The notes under the pieces are model-generated. The model saw nothing but the letters and a program-made list of their open reading frames with translations, had not been told where the DNA came from and ran no database searches. DNA of 30,782 bases from the IMG/VR virus record IMGVR_UViG_3300012347_000070, positions 1-30,782 of that record; one strand, written 5' to 3'. This DNA comes from a virus. This document shows positions 24,801 through 30,782 of the stretch, in pieces. The number at the start of each line of letters is the position of its first letter. The first letter of the stretch is position 1. The position numbers and the translations under genes were made by a program.

Positions 24801-24957
24801 TAATGTAGGAGACTATATTATTCCAGTAAATGACAATGGAAAAATCAAAGGTATAGCAGTTTCTAATCCAACTTTTGAACAATACCAAATTTCAGTCGGT
24901 AAGGTTTGGAAAATAATGGAAGACGGAAGAGCTTGGGTAGCAGTTAAAATAGGATAA
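21892..24957 (+). CDS. Tail fibre/spike, 1021 aa, with a C-terminal Peptidase_G2-like intramolecular chaperone domain
   Basis: Duplicated N-terminal motif WG(D/A)I-x-GTL-x-(D/S)QTDLQ-x-(V/A)L(N/D)AK. Then GKVPSSQLPSYVDDV...GEVGKIYITLD...YRWSGSTY. Many S/T/G/A-rich repeats (GAATFTSSVT, GAATFSSSVT, SAGNVGIGTTSP). GLDYAEYM near the C-terminus. Confidence 0.8.
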   Translation: MEDIIDIIVTETTNLIEITSQPTDEIIDVNIIDNREDITLNVTPSVVEININSLTGNFGVNWGDIEGTLADQTDLQNVLNAKADLVDGKVPSSQLPSYVDDVIEVANYAALPVTGEVGKIYITLDTNFIYRWSGSTYIEIKDSSAVWGAITGTLSSQTDLQSALDAKVPYTGATGNVNLGEYGATVGYLGFDTTPTSTPTGIGTTYWDSFYRTLSLIDGDGDTTLQIGQEQRVLVHNNTGSTLTDGQVVYVIGSTGELPSVALASNTSETTSSVTFGIVTESIAHGANGFITTSGIIHGLNTNAYDEGAAIYLGSTAGTFTQTKPVAPANSVLVGYIIKKSGGNGSIFVKIQNGYELEELHDVLITSKANNDGLFYESSTSLWKNKSIATVLGGTPITGSGATGYYARFTSSNVISDGFIQTTSNITYVEGMGLSTGSGLDIEGSFGGGSDGLKLRSYDETTGKAYIEFFNTSGNFRLGLEGSTGGGILPGSTAYATVLTSGLTAKNLEFGTNNTKRLTLDGTTGAATFTSSVTTSALYVTGMTAGSGAIYHTGSRLTFANYNTSGTLHFEVNGGVGALTLNADKSATFESTLSATGATLTGALSGTSATFTGTSASSVLTLANSSGGTKADFTITENTGLIINSYEGASARSINLQVGGASALSIATSGAATFSSSVTASGGVNAGDSKFFNSVQLTDSLGGTCQGFLWTDAANTLKIGTGTVAGGNVKMTITSAGNVGIGTTSPSELLHLSKATYPFIKLTETTSNTSGQFGYDTPTAEWRMRTLTSTPLTFGTNDTERMRIASGGNVLINKTTARGNEYLGIESGGNEFCNFQSTGGVRAFRVNNVDVEGFNTTGTTIFVGKLNSSGRSINAGGTINAMGLDYAEYMTKSTSENINKGDIVGIDSNGLLTDLFELSISFGIKSTNPSFVGGDEWGANKDDTNLLEQERQKVDRIAFSGQVPCNVLGANVGDYIIPVNDNGKIKGIAVSNPTFEQYQISVGKVWKIMEDGRAWVAVKIG

Positions 24958-24972
24958 TAAAAAATAAATAAT

Positions 24973-25284
24973 ATGGCATTCACTTGGGTAATCAGTTCAT
25001 TAGATTCTATCCCATCCCTTGACGGAATGGATAAAGTAATTTCTACAATTCATTACAGAGCGCAAAAGCAACACGAAGACTTTACTGCAGATACGTACGG
25101 CGCGCTCAGTGTCGATGCACCACACGAAGCGAGCTTCACTCCTTACGATGAAGTTACGAAAGAAATGGTAGAAGGATGGCTAGAGGCTGGACTAGATACC
25201 GAAGCGATTGAGGCTAACCTAGATGCACAAATAGAGAACTTTTTAAACCCTCCCCTGGTGGCTTACGTGCTACCTTGGTCGTAA
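24973..25284 (+). CDS. Hypothetical acidic protein, 103 aa
   Basis: ATG ORF after the fibre gene. Confidence 0.6.
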   Translation: MAFTWVISSLDSIPSLDGMDKVISTIHYRAQKQHEDFTADTYGALSVDAPHEASFTPYDEVTKEMVEGWLEAGLDTEAIEANLDAQIENFLNPPLVAYVLPWS

Positions 25285-25287
25285 TTA

Positions 25288-25316
25288 GAAACAAAAAATA
25301 CTAAATTACGTTTATA
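25288..25316 (+). promoter_or_regulatory. ECF-type bipartite motif copy 6 (GAAAC-N16-CGTTTATA), 20 nt before ATG 25337
   Basis: GAAAC at 25288..25292 and CGTTTATA at 25309..25316. Intergenic, ahead of the lysis cassette. Confidence 0.55.
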
Positions 25317-25336
25317 AGCAAACAAACAACAAAATA

Positions 25337-25606
25337 ATGAAAATTGATTTAAACTTTAACTTAGTAGACTTAGATGGTAAGTCTATTGAAAATGCAAACG
25401 CTGGTAAGCTAGTAGCTAGTGCATTAGTTCAACAATCTAAAGGCGATGCCTTGAAGTTTTGGGATTGGGCGGTAGCACTAAACAAAGGCGAGGTATTAGA
25501 CTTAGATTCTAGCGACCAAGAGACATTTAAAAACTTTGTAAAGGATAACGAGAACTTCGCTATTATTGCAAAGGCGCAAATTTTACACAAATTAAAAAAA
25601 GACTAA
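25337..25606 (+). CDS. Hypothetical protein, 89 aa
   Basis: ATG ORF, first gene after motif copy 6. Confidence 0.6.
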   Translation: MKIDLNFNLVDLDGKSIENANAGKLVASALVQQSKGDALKFWDWAVALNKGEVLDLDSSDQETFKNFVKDNENFAIIAKAQILHKLKKD

Positions 25607-25607
25607 C

Positions 25608-25934
25608 GTGTTAAACTCCCTTCCCGACTGGCTTACTAATATTTTAGCTGCTTCAATTGCATCACTTGCAACTTATTTTAGCACACGAAAAAAAGAGAAC
25701 GTAGACATACAAGGAGGGGAGTTATCAAATACACAAGAAGCCATTAAGATATGGCGAGAAATGGCGCAAGAAATGAGCGATAAAGTAAAAGAATTAAGTG
25801 ACAAAATCGACAATCTAACCGCTGAAGTACATAGTCTTAAAAGCGAGAACTCTTCGCTTAAATCTAAACTAAATCTTCTTGATGAAAATAACGAAGTTAA
25901 GCCAAAAAGGGTTAGAGCTAATAAAGCAGTTTGA
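25608..25934 (+). CDS. Membrane protein of the lysis cassette (holin or i-spanin-like)
   Basis: GTG start. One N-terminal TM segment (WLTNILAASIASLATYF) followed by a charged coiled coil (KVKELSDKIDNLTAEVHSLKSENSSLKSKL). Confidence 0.5.
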   Translation: MLNSLPDWLTNILAASIASLATYFSTRKKENVDIQGGELSNTQEAIKIWREMAQEMSDKVKELSDKIDNLTAEVHSLKSENSSLKSKLNLLDENNEVKPKRVRANKAV

Positions 25935-26337
25935 AGGCTTGAGCCTTACTCCCTATGTATGCGCTGGGGGTATAAATACGATAGGTTACGGGAACACCTA
26001 CTATACGAACGGTAAGAAAGTTACCTTAAAAGACCCAAAGATTACACTACAACAAGCCGAAGAGCTTTTAAAACATTCTCTTTCTACGTATGAAAAAGCG
26101 GTTGATTCATTTTGCCGTGATGACATATCTCAAAGCAACTTCGATGCACTCGTTTCTTTTGCTTATAATCTAGGCACGGGGGCATTACAAAAATCCACAC
26201 TTATCAAAAAAGTAAACGCTAACCCTAAAGACGTTACCATAGCGGATGAGTTCCTTAAATGGAATAAAGCTAACGGACGTGTTTTAGCGGGACTTACTAA
26301 ACGTAGACAAGCGGAAGCTAACCTTTACTTCTCATAA
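25882..26337 (+). CDS. Endolysin, GH24 (T4/P1-type) lysozyme
   Basis: LIKQFEGLSLTPYVCAGGINTIGYGNT catalytic region. ATG 25882 (track used TTG 25879). Confidence 0.85.
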   Translation: MKITKLSQKGLELIKQFEGLSLTPYVCAGGINTIGYGNTYYTNGKKVTLKDPKITLQQAEELLKHSLSTYEKAVDSFCRDDISQSNFDALVSFAYNLGTGALQKSTLIKKVNANPKDVTIADEFLKWNKANGRVLAGLTKRRQAEANLYFS

Positions 26338-26338
26338 T

Positions 26339-26794
26339 ATGCGAAAATTACTTATTCTTTTGGCTTGTGTTAGCTTATTATCTTGTAAGCATACAAAGAC
26401 CTTAACCGAGTATAAAGAACTCGTTAGAATCGATACTATCAAAAGTGAAAAGATAGTAGAAAGATTCAAAGCTATACACGATACAATTACAATTGTAAAC
26501 CCTTGCGATTCGAGCGGGGTGCTAACTAGATTCTACTCTAAGCTAATTATCCCACAAGGTAACATTACTATAAAATCAGATGGGACTAGTATTAAAGCTC
26601 AAGTAGATTTAGATTCTACTAGAAGCGAGATAGAGAATAACTATCGTAACTCTCAGGTTAAATGGATTGAGTATCGAGACAAAGAGGTTATTAAGTACCA
26701 AGTACCTACTTGGGTAGTCGTATTATTGTTAGTAGAGTTCTTAGCACTTGTAGCTTGGTTATACCTTAAATTTGGACTAAATGGCATTAAGTAA
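26339..26794 (+). CDS. Lipoprotein with a C-terminal TM helix: unimolecular spanin candidate
   Basis: Signal peptide plus lipobox MRKLLILLACVSLLSC, and a C-terminal TM segment VPTWVVVLLLVEFLALVAWLYLKF. Located directly after the endolysin. Confidence 0.5.
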   Translation: MRKLLILLACVSLLSCKHTKTLTEYKELVRIDTIKSEKIVERFKAIHDTITIVNPCDSSGVLTRFYSKLIIPQGNITIKSDGTSIKAQVDLDSTRSEIENNYRNSQVKWIEYRDKEVIKYQVPTWVVVLLLVEFLALVAWLYLKFGLNGIK

Positions 26795-27770
26795 AAAGTG
26801 GGAAGCGATTAGAGACCATTTCTATTCGACCAATTTAACAAGAGTAGACTTTGAGCGTGAGAACTATCAAAGCTATGGCTTTAGTAGCCAAGAAATATTT
26901 CACGGGCTTATGAGTCGTAATAACATTGGGGTTAAATCTCGAAGCGAATACTTTAAGAATACAAGACCAGCCGCTCAAATAGAATCATTTGACGTAGACG
27001 AGCTAGACAATTTCGGTATTGAAGAAAGCATAGGTAAGGAATACACAAGCCACAAGATAGCATCCGAATTCAAAAAGGTTGGAATAATGAGTGATGTTCA
27101 CGTTCCGTTTCACTCGATGTCTGCTTTAACTTGTGTAATTAAGTACTTTAGAGAAGAAAAAATAGATTGTCTTATTATGAATGGCGATATATTCGACTTC
27201 TACTCTATATCACGACACGAAAAGGAAAAGGATTTACGAGACTTTGCTAAAGAAATAGAGATGGGTCGTAACTTCTTACAAAAGATTAGAGACCTATTTC
27301 CAACTATACCCATATATTATAAGATGGGAAATCACGAGGCAAGATGGCAAAAATATCTTAATGAGCAAGCGGAAGAATTTGCTGCACTTCACGAGATGCA
27401 ATTTGAGCAATTTTTCAGGCTAGATAAATTAAATATGATTTATATACCTGACTGGCAAGGAATAGAATTAGCTGACTTATTGATACTTCACGGCCAAGAA
27501 TTGATGGCAGGTGGAATGAATCCCTCTCAAAGCACTTTTAACAAGACATTTTGTAACACTTTAATAGGCCACGTACATAGAACTACTAGCACTATTAAAA
27601 AAGATGGATTTAAAAACTTTATACACTCTTATTCTACTGGTTGCTTAACTCAATTATCGCCTAAATACTATCCTTTTGCTCAGCATAACTGGGGAGCTGC
27701 TTTAGTAAATATTGTAGATGGTAAGACAAAAGTTAATAATTTTGTTATAAAAGACGGAAAAATAGTTTAG
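26781..27770 (+). CDS. Calcineurin-like metallophosphoesterase with an ~95-aa N-terminal extension
   Basis: Ordered motifs DVH (MSDVHVPFH), GDIFD, GNHE, LHGQE, GHVH. Confidence 0.8.
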   Translation: MALSKKWEAIRDHFYSTNLTRVDFERENYQSYGFSSQEIFHGLMSRNNIGVKSRSEYFKNTRPAAQIESFDVDELDNFGIEESIGKEYTSHKIASEFKKVGIMSDVHVPFHSMSALTCVIKYFREEKIDCLIMNGDIFDFYSISRHEKEKDLRDFAKEIEMGRNFLQKIRDLFPTIPIYYKMGNHEARWQKYLNEQAEEFAALHEMQFEQFFRLDKLNMIYIPDWQGIELADLLILHGQELMAGGMNPSQSTFNKTFCNTLIGHVHRTTSTIKKDGFKNFIHSYSTGCLTQLSPKYYPFAQHNWGAALVNIVDGKTKVNNFVIKDGKIV

Positions 27771-27820
27771 ATTTGTAAGATTTGTTTCATAATAGATAGG
27801 TTTAGAATTGTTTATAATAA

Positions 27821-27852
27821 AGCTCTAGGATATTGTTCTAGGGCTTTTTTGT
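27821..27852 (+). terminator. Rho-independent terminator ending the late operon
   Basis: aagctctag (27821..27829) pairs with ctagggctt (27839..27847), 9 bp with one G-U pair, followed by a T6 tract. Confidence 0.75.
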
Positions 27853-27903
27853 GTTAAAAACATACCGTTAAATAAATAATTATAAAAAAAGATTAAAAAA
27901 GAT

Positions 27904-27934
27904 TTTTTTATTACAAATCATTCCCCTATCTTTG
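27904..27934 (+). promoter_or_regulatory. Bacteroidota-type early promoter (-7 box TATCTTTG at 27927..27934, T7 tract at 27904..27910, upstream A/T tracts)
   Basis: Exact TAnnTTTG match 40 nt upstream of the first early ATG, located between the late terminator and the early genes. Confidence 0.5.
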
Positions 27935-27973
27935 ATTCATCAAACAAGGCAAACAATTCTAAACAACAAAAAA

Positions 27974-28231
27974 ATGGCAAATCAGAAGCAACACTTGAAA
28001 GATTTTAGATTGAAATTAGGAGAAAATGATAAAGTATTAGTTAAGTATTTATCAGGAATTACTTGCGGGACTACACATAGCCTAACATTTTTTCCAGTAA
28101 ATGTTTCAGAAAAAGTAAATTATTTCAGAGAATTTCCAGAAGAATTAAAATGCAAAAAATGTATGGCAATTTTAAATTCTAGAATTGCAGAAATTAAAGA
28201 GATTAGAAACGACATTAGAAATCAAAGATAA
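27974..28231 (+). CDS. First early gene, hypothetical, 85 aa
   Basis: ATG 27974 preferred over the track's TTG 27932, which would overlap the promoter box. Confidence 0.6.
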   Translation: MANQKQHLKDFRLKLGENDKVLVKYLSGITCGTTHSLTFFPVNVSEKVNYFREFPEELKCKKCMAILNSRIAEIKEIRNDIRNQR

Positions 28232-28260
28232 AAGTCTCACAGTATTCGTACAGAGCCAGA

Positions 28261-28280
28261 GCGGAGGCTGATTCCTCCGC
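28261..28280 (+). other. GC-rich hairpin gcggagg-ctgatt-cctccgc in an early intergenic gap
   Basis: Perfect 7-bp stem. It is followed by aaatttta (a weak T-run), so it may be an attenuator, an RNA stabiliser or a weak terminator. Confidence 0.4.
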
Positions 28281-28310
28281 AAATTTTAATCAATTCTAAA
28301 CACAAACAAA

Positions 28311-28421
28311 ATGAGAGAACATCTTAAACAAATCGACAAAAACGACATCGCAGGAGCTATTCTAGTATCTTCATTCGTTTATCTTACTTACTACGTAATT
28401 TACTTCATTTCTAATATCTAA
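28311..28421 (+). CDS. Small hydrophobic peptide, 36 aa (MREHLKQIDKNDIAGAILVSSFVYLTYYVIYFISNI)
   Basis: Below the track cutoff. One predicted TM segment. Fills the gap in the early operon. Confidence 0.4.
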   Translation: MREHLKQIDKNDIAGAILVSSFVYLTYYVIYFISNI

Positions 28422-28425
28422 ATCT

Positions 28426-28587
28426 ATGTCTATCTTAAAAGCACAATTCGAAGACTCGGCTGGTTTCTACACTATGTCTTGGTCGTTTAATCCCGAGCTA
28501 TGGAGCGTAAGAGATTTAATCTCGCACGAATGCCAAAAATCTAATTCTAAACTTGTAACAATTATTTCAAATGAAAAACTTAATTAA
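28426..28587 (+). CDS. Small hypothetical protein, 53 aa (MSILKAQFEDSAGFYTMSWSFNPELWSVRDLISHECQKSNSKLVTIISNEKLN)
   Basis: Below the track cutoff. Overlaps the ERF start by 17 nt. Confidence 0.4.
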   Translation: MSILKAQFEDSAGFYTMSWSFNPELWSVRDLISHECQKSNSKLVTIISNEKLN

Positions 28588-29086
28588 AGCGTTATCGGAT
28601 TTTCAAAACGAATGCCCGATTATTCACAAGGACACTAAGGGACATAATTACACCTATGCGGACTTGCCTCAAATCTTTAGCGTGATTAATCCGCTACTTA
28701 AAAAGCACAAGCTTTGTTTTACTCAGCTACTGCAAGACAATGGGATTAAGACTATTCTTTTCCACGTAGAGAGCGGAGAACAACTAGAAAGCTTTACTAG
28801 TATTCCACTTGTAAAACTAGGCGCTATGAACGATTACCAGAGTTACGGAGCGGGTGTAAGTTACTTTCGTCGTTATGCACTTTCGAGCTGCCTCGGTATT
28901 GTGACGGACAAAGATACAGATGCAGCGGGAGCACCAGTTGCTCAATCACCTAAGTTCCGTTTAGATATGTTAGCTAACGTACACACAGAAGACGAACTAG
29001 CATTACTTTACAATTCATTTAAAAGCTCACTAACTCCAAGCGACTTAGAAGCATTCAAAACTCGTAAACAACAAATAAATAAATAA
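28571..29086 (+). CDS. erf: ERF-family single-strand annealing recombinase
   Basis: LSDFQNECPIIHKDTKGHNYTYADLPQIFSVINPLLKKHKL ... QSYGAGVSYFRRYALSSCLGIVTDKDTDA are classic ERF motifs. Confidence 0.85.
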   Translation: MKNLIKALSDFQNECPIIHKDTKGHNYTYADLPQIFSVINPLLKKHKLCFTQLLQDNGIKTILFHVESGEQLESFTSIPLVKLGAMNDYQSYGAGVSYFRRYALSSCLGIVTDKDTDAAGAPVAQSPKFRLDMLANVHTEDELALLYNSFKSSLTPSDLEAFKTRKQQINK

Positions 29087-29088
29087 CA

Positions 29089-29388
29089 ATGGGACAATTA
29101 ATTAACGCTCAAATCAACAAGTCAAAATTACAAGGCTTGGTTCACTACACGAACAAACGCACAAACGAAGAATCGGTAAACATTACTATCTCTTTAAACG
29201 ATGCACCCGACCAGTACGGAAACAATGCTTCTATCTGGATTTCACAAACAAAAGAGGAACGTGATGCAAAGACTCCAAAGGTTTACTTAGGTAACGGGAA
29301 AGTTATTTACGATTCTAATATGCCTAAACAAAATGCTCCCGAGTTCCCTAAAGAAGCTCCAGTATTACCACAAGATTTGCCCTTTTAG
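29089..29388 (+). CDS. Small SSB-like protein with a C-terminal DLPF tip
   Basis: Lies directly after erf. The C-terminus ...PVLPQDLPF mimics the SSB C-terminal D-(I/L)-P-F interaction tip. The ~70-aa N-terminal part has a beta-rich pattern. Confidence 0.45.
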   Translation: MGQLINAQINKSKLQGLVHYTNKRTNEESVNITISLNDAPDQYGNNASIWISQTKEERDAKTPKVYLGNGKVIYDSNMPKQNAPEFPKEAPVLPQDLPF

Positions 29389-29389
29389 T

Positions 29390-29716
29390 ATGTATAAGCA
29401 AGACCTAACTTTTACTTTCTTTAAAGCGCCTTCTAACACTTGGAAGGTTACAAGAAGCTTAAAGACTGAATCGGAGTATAACTCGTTTATTAGTCAATGG
29501 GCTAAGGATGGCTTTGAGTTAATATCAGAAGAACCAGTTAAGCAACTAGCTAACGATTACCCACAGGTATTAAAGCTAGATTTAAAAGGCGAACGAGATG
29601 GTTATTACTCAACGGTTCAACGCTTTGCAACTAGTCACGATTATACAAGATATTGTGACGAGCGATTAATGGAAGGTTTAAAAGTTATTGGGTCTGAGCC
29701 GTATAAAAATTTATAA
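29390..29716 (+). CDS. Hypothetical protein, 108 aa
   Basis: ATG 29390, one nt after the upstream stop, preferred over ATG 29333. Confidence 0.6.
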   Translation: MYKQDLTFTFFKAPSNTWKVTRSLKTESEYNSFISQWAKDGFELISEEPVKQLANDYPQVLKLDLKGERDGYYSTVQRFATSHDYTRYCDERLMEGLKVIGSEPYKNL

Positions 29717-29717
29717 A

Positions 29718-29900
29718 ATGAAAGTAAAGAAAATGAGTATTTATCAGCTATGCGCTGACCGTCTAAACGCTAAGGGGGTAAAGCCCTTTAGTGCTAGACA
29801 ATGGAGTTTACCTTTGATACAACAAACCGTATATGGTAAGGTAAATTATCCAGAAGTAATGGAAGAACTTAAACTTATAATGCAAGAATATGAAAGATAA
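29718..29900 (+). CDS. Hypothetical protein, 60 aa
   Basis: ATG 29718, one nt after the upstream stop, preferred over TTG 29688. Confidence 0.55.
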   Translation: MKVKKMSIYQLCADRLNAKGVKPFSARQWSLPLIQQTVYGKVNYPEVMEELKLIMQEYER

Positions 29901-30114
29901 ACAAACGGCAGTAGATTTTTTAATACACGAAATAAGTGATATTATAGGAATTATAGCTCCAGATGCTTTTAGCTCTGCGTTAATAAGGATTAAATACGAC
30001 AAAGCCAAAGAAATGGAGAAAGAACAGATACTTGATGCTTGTCATCACGGTGTAGATTATGATAAATCACCTTACAAAAATGCAGAAGAATATTATAACG
30101 AAACTTATGAATAA
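29890..30114 (+). CDS. Family-A small protein, paralog A3 (MKDKQTAVDFLI ... AKEMEKEQILDA ... AEEYYNETYE)
   Basis: Shares all three family-A motifs. The 18-nt block tattataacgaaacttat (30091..30108) is identical to 43..60 in A4. Confidence 0.7.
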   Translation: MKDKQTAVDFLIHEISDIIGIIAPDAFSSALIRIKYDKAKEMEKEQILDACHHGVDYDKSPYKNAEEYYNETYE

Positions 30115-30385
30115 TAGAGAAATAGTAGACATCTTAAAAGCCGAGAGCGGTAGAGAGATTAGAATTTACGAAACGAAGACTAGCACGTTTAAGCATAGAG
30201 ATATAACCTTTGGAGCTTACTACTCAGTGCATTATATCTTAGGTAATAAAGTGGATATTTACGAGGGGTATTTAATCGAAACAACTCCCGAGAATAGAAC
30301 TCTTATCTTTTGCCAAGATAGAGAAGGTAGAGGCAAGCGTGTAGGTATTCCGATTTACAATATTATAAACTATTCTAAGATATGA
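30107..30385 (+). CDS. Hypothetical protein, 92 aa
   Basis: ATG 30107 (8-nt overlap) preferred. ATG 30059 and 30080 are alternatives. Confidence 0.55.
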   Translation: MNNREIVDILKAESGREIRIYETKTSTFKHRDITFGAYYSVHYILGNKVDIYEGYLIETTPENRTLIFCQDREGRGKRVGIPIYNIINYSKI

Positions 30386-30570
30386 CACCAAAGCAAAAAG
30401 CAACCGAATTAATTAAACATTTTACTAATTGTCAAGTACGCAATAGTAAAAGCAAACAAGAGGCAATTGCTGCCGCAATACTACATATAGATTTACTCGT
30501 AGGAGTTACGCTAGGAGAAGACCTAGATTACTGGGAAGCGGTACAAGATGCCATAATAAATACTAACTAA
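30382..30570 (+). CDS. Family-B small protein, paralog B2 (MTPKQKATELIKHF...DYWEAV)
   Basis: ATGA overlap upstream. Shares N- and C-terminal motifs and the atgacaccaaa start with B1. Confidence 0.65.
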   Translation: MTPKQKATELIKHFTNCQVRNSKSKQEAIAAAILHIDLLVGVTLGEDLDYWEAVQDAIINTN

Positions 30571-30571
30571 T

Positions 30572-30782
30572 ATGAAAAAGAAAATTACTGCAATGATGCA
30601 ATTTATTGAATGGGTTGATGAATTTGAATATACATTGCCTTTAGAATTACAGGTTAAGGCACTAGAATGTTTGACAATTGAAAAAGAGCAGATAAAAGAT
30701 GCTTGGTTAAGTGGTCAAGATGATGGGGCAACTATTTGCACACCAAATCAACACTATCCAGATGAAAATTATTATAACGAAA
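30572..30782 (+). CDS. Family-A small protein, paralog A4, truncated by the window end; continues at 56..78 of the circular unit
   Basis: MKKKITAMMQFIEWV ... IEKEQIKDAW ... The frame runs through the terminal repeat. Confidence 0.7.
   Translation, partial: MKKKITAMMQFIEWVDEFEYTLPLELQVKALECLTIEKEQIKDAWLSGQDDGATICTPNQHYPDENYYNE
30728..30782. repeat. 55-bp exact terminal direct repeat, copy 2
   Basis: Identical to 1..55. It lies inside a coding sequence, as expected for an assembly overlap rather than a packaging end. Confidence 0.95.

Noticed and set aside
27881-27910. aaaaaaagattaaaaaagattttttt as an inverted repeat or operator
   Set aside because: It is not a true palindrome (the reverse complement does not match). 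It is better explained as A/T tracts upstream of the early promoter.
1-30782. CRISPR arrays, integrase/attP, lysogeny repressor, DGR or retron elements
   Set aside because: No spaced direct-repeat arrays. No tyrosine or serine recombinase motifs. No reverse transcriptase. No divergent repressor/cro-like gene pair was seen in any frame of the track or in the gaps I translated.

Overview
The window is a complete, unidirectional (all credible genes on +) dsDNA tailed-phage genome of about 30.7 kb. The first 55 bp are identical to the last 55 bp, so the unit length is 30727 bp, and one gene (30572..) wraps round to position 78. No integrase or repressor is visible, so it looks virulent. Three things point to a Bacteroidota (Flavobacteriia-like) host: TAnnTTTG-type promoters, no Shine-Dalgarno sequences with A-rich leaders, and an LSC lipobox.

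Layout:
- Early operon: 27974 -> wrap -> 193. It carries ERF recombinase, an SSB-like protein with a DLPF tail, and small paralogous proteins.
- Early/middle boundary: a strong hairpin terminator at 262..304.
- Middle operon: 313..7561. It carries a DUF4373 replication protein, an ABC-ATPase/GNAT fusion, RusA, small paralog families, DUF3310, an ECF-like sigma factor and the terminase subunits.
- Late operon: ends at 27770, followed by a terminator at 27821..27852. It carries TerS/TerL, tail-like proteins, a tape-measure-like protein, XkdF-like protease, scaffold, major capsid, portal, a GIY-YIG homing endonuclease, a tail fibre, a lysis cassette and a metallophosphoesterase.

Most interesting observations:
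1. A phage ECF-like sigma factor plus six + strand copies of a bipartite AAC-N15/16-CGTTTATA motif. Four sit just upstream of late-gene ATGs, which suggests a self-contained late-transcription system with near-leaderless mRNAs.
2. A T9 tract in 8801..9478 opens a 101-codon stop-free -1 frame that ends exactly at the next gene's start. This could be programmed frameshift, transcriptional slippage or a homopolymer error.
3. An AT-rich single-polypeptide ABC-ATPase + GNAT acetyltransferase in the replication module. I do not recognise this architecture.
4. Multi-copy small-protein families, with an A9 slippage-prone junction between two tandem paralogs.

All functional calls rest on motifs read by eye. 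No database search was run.
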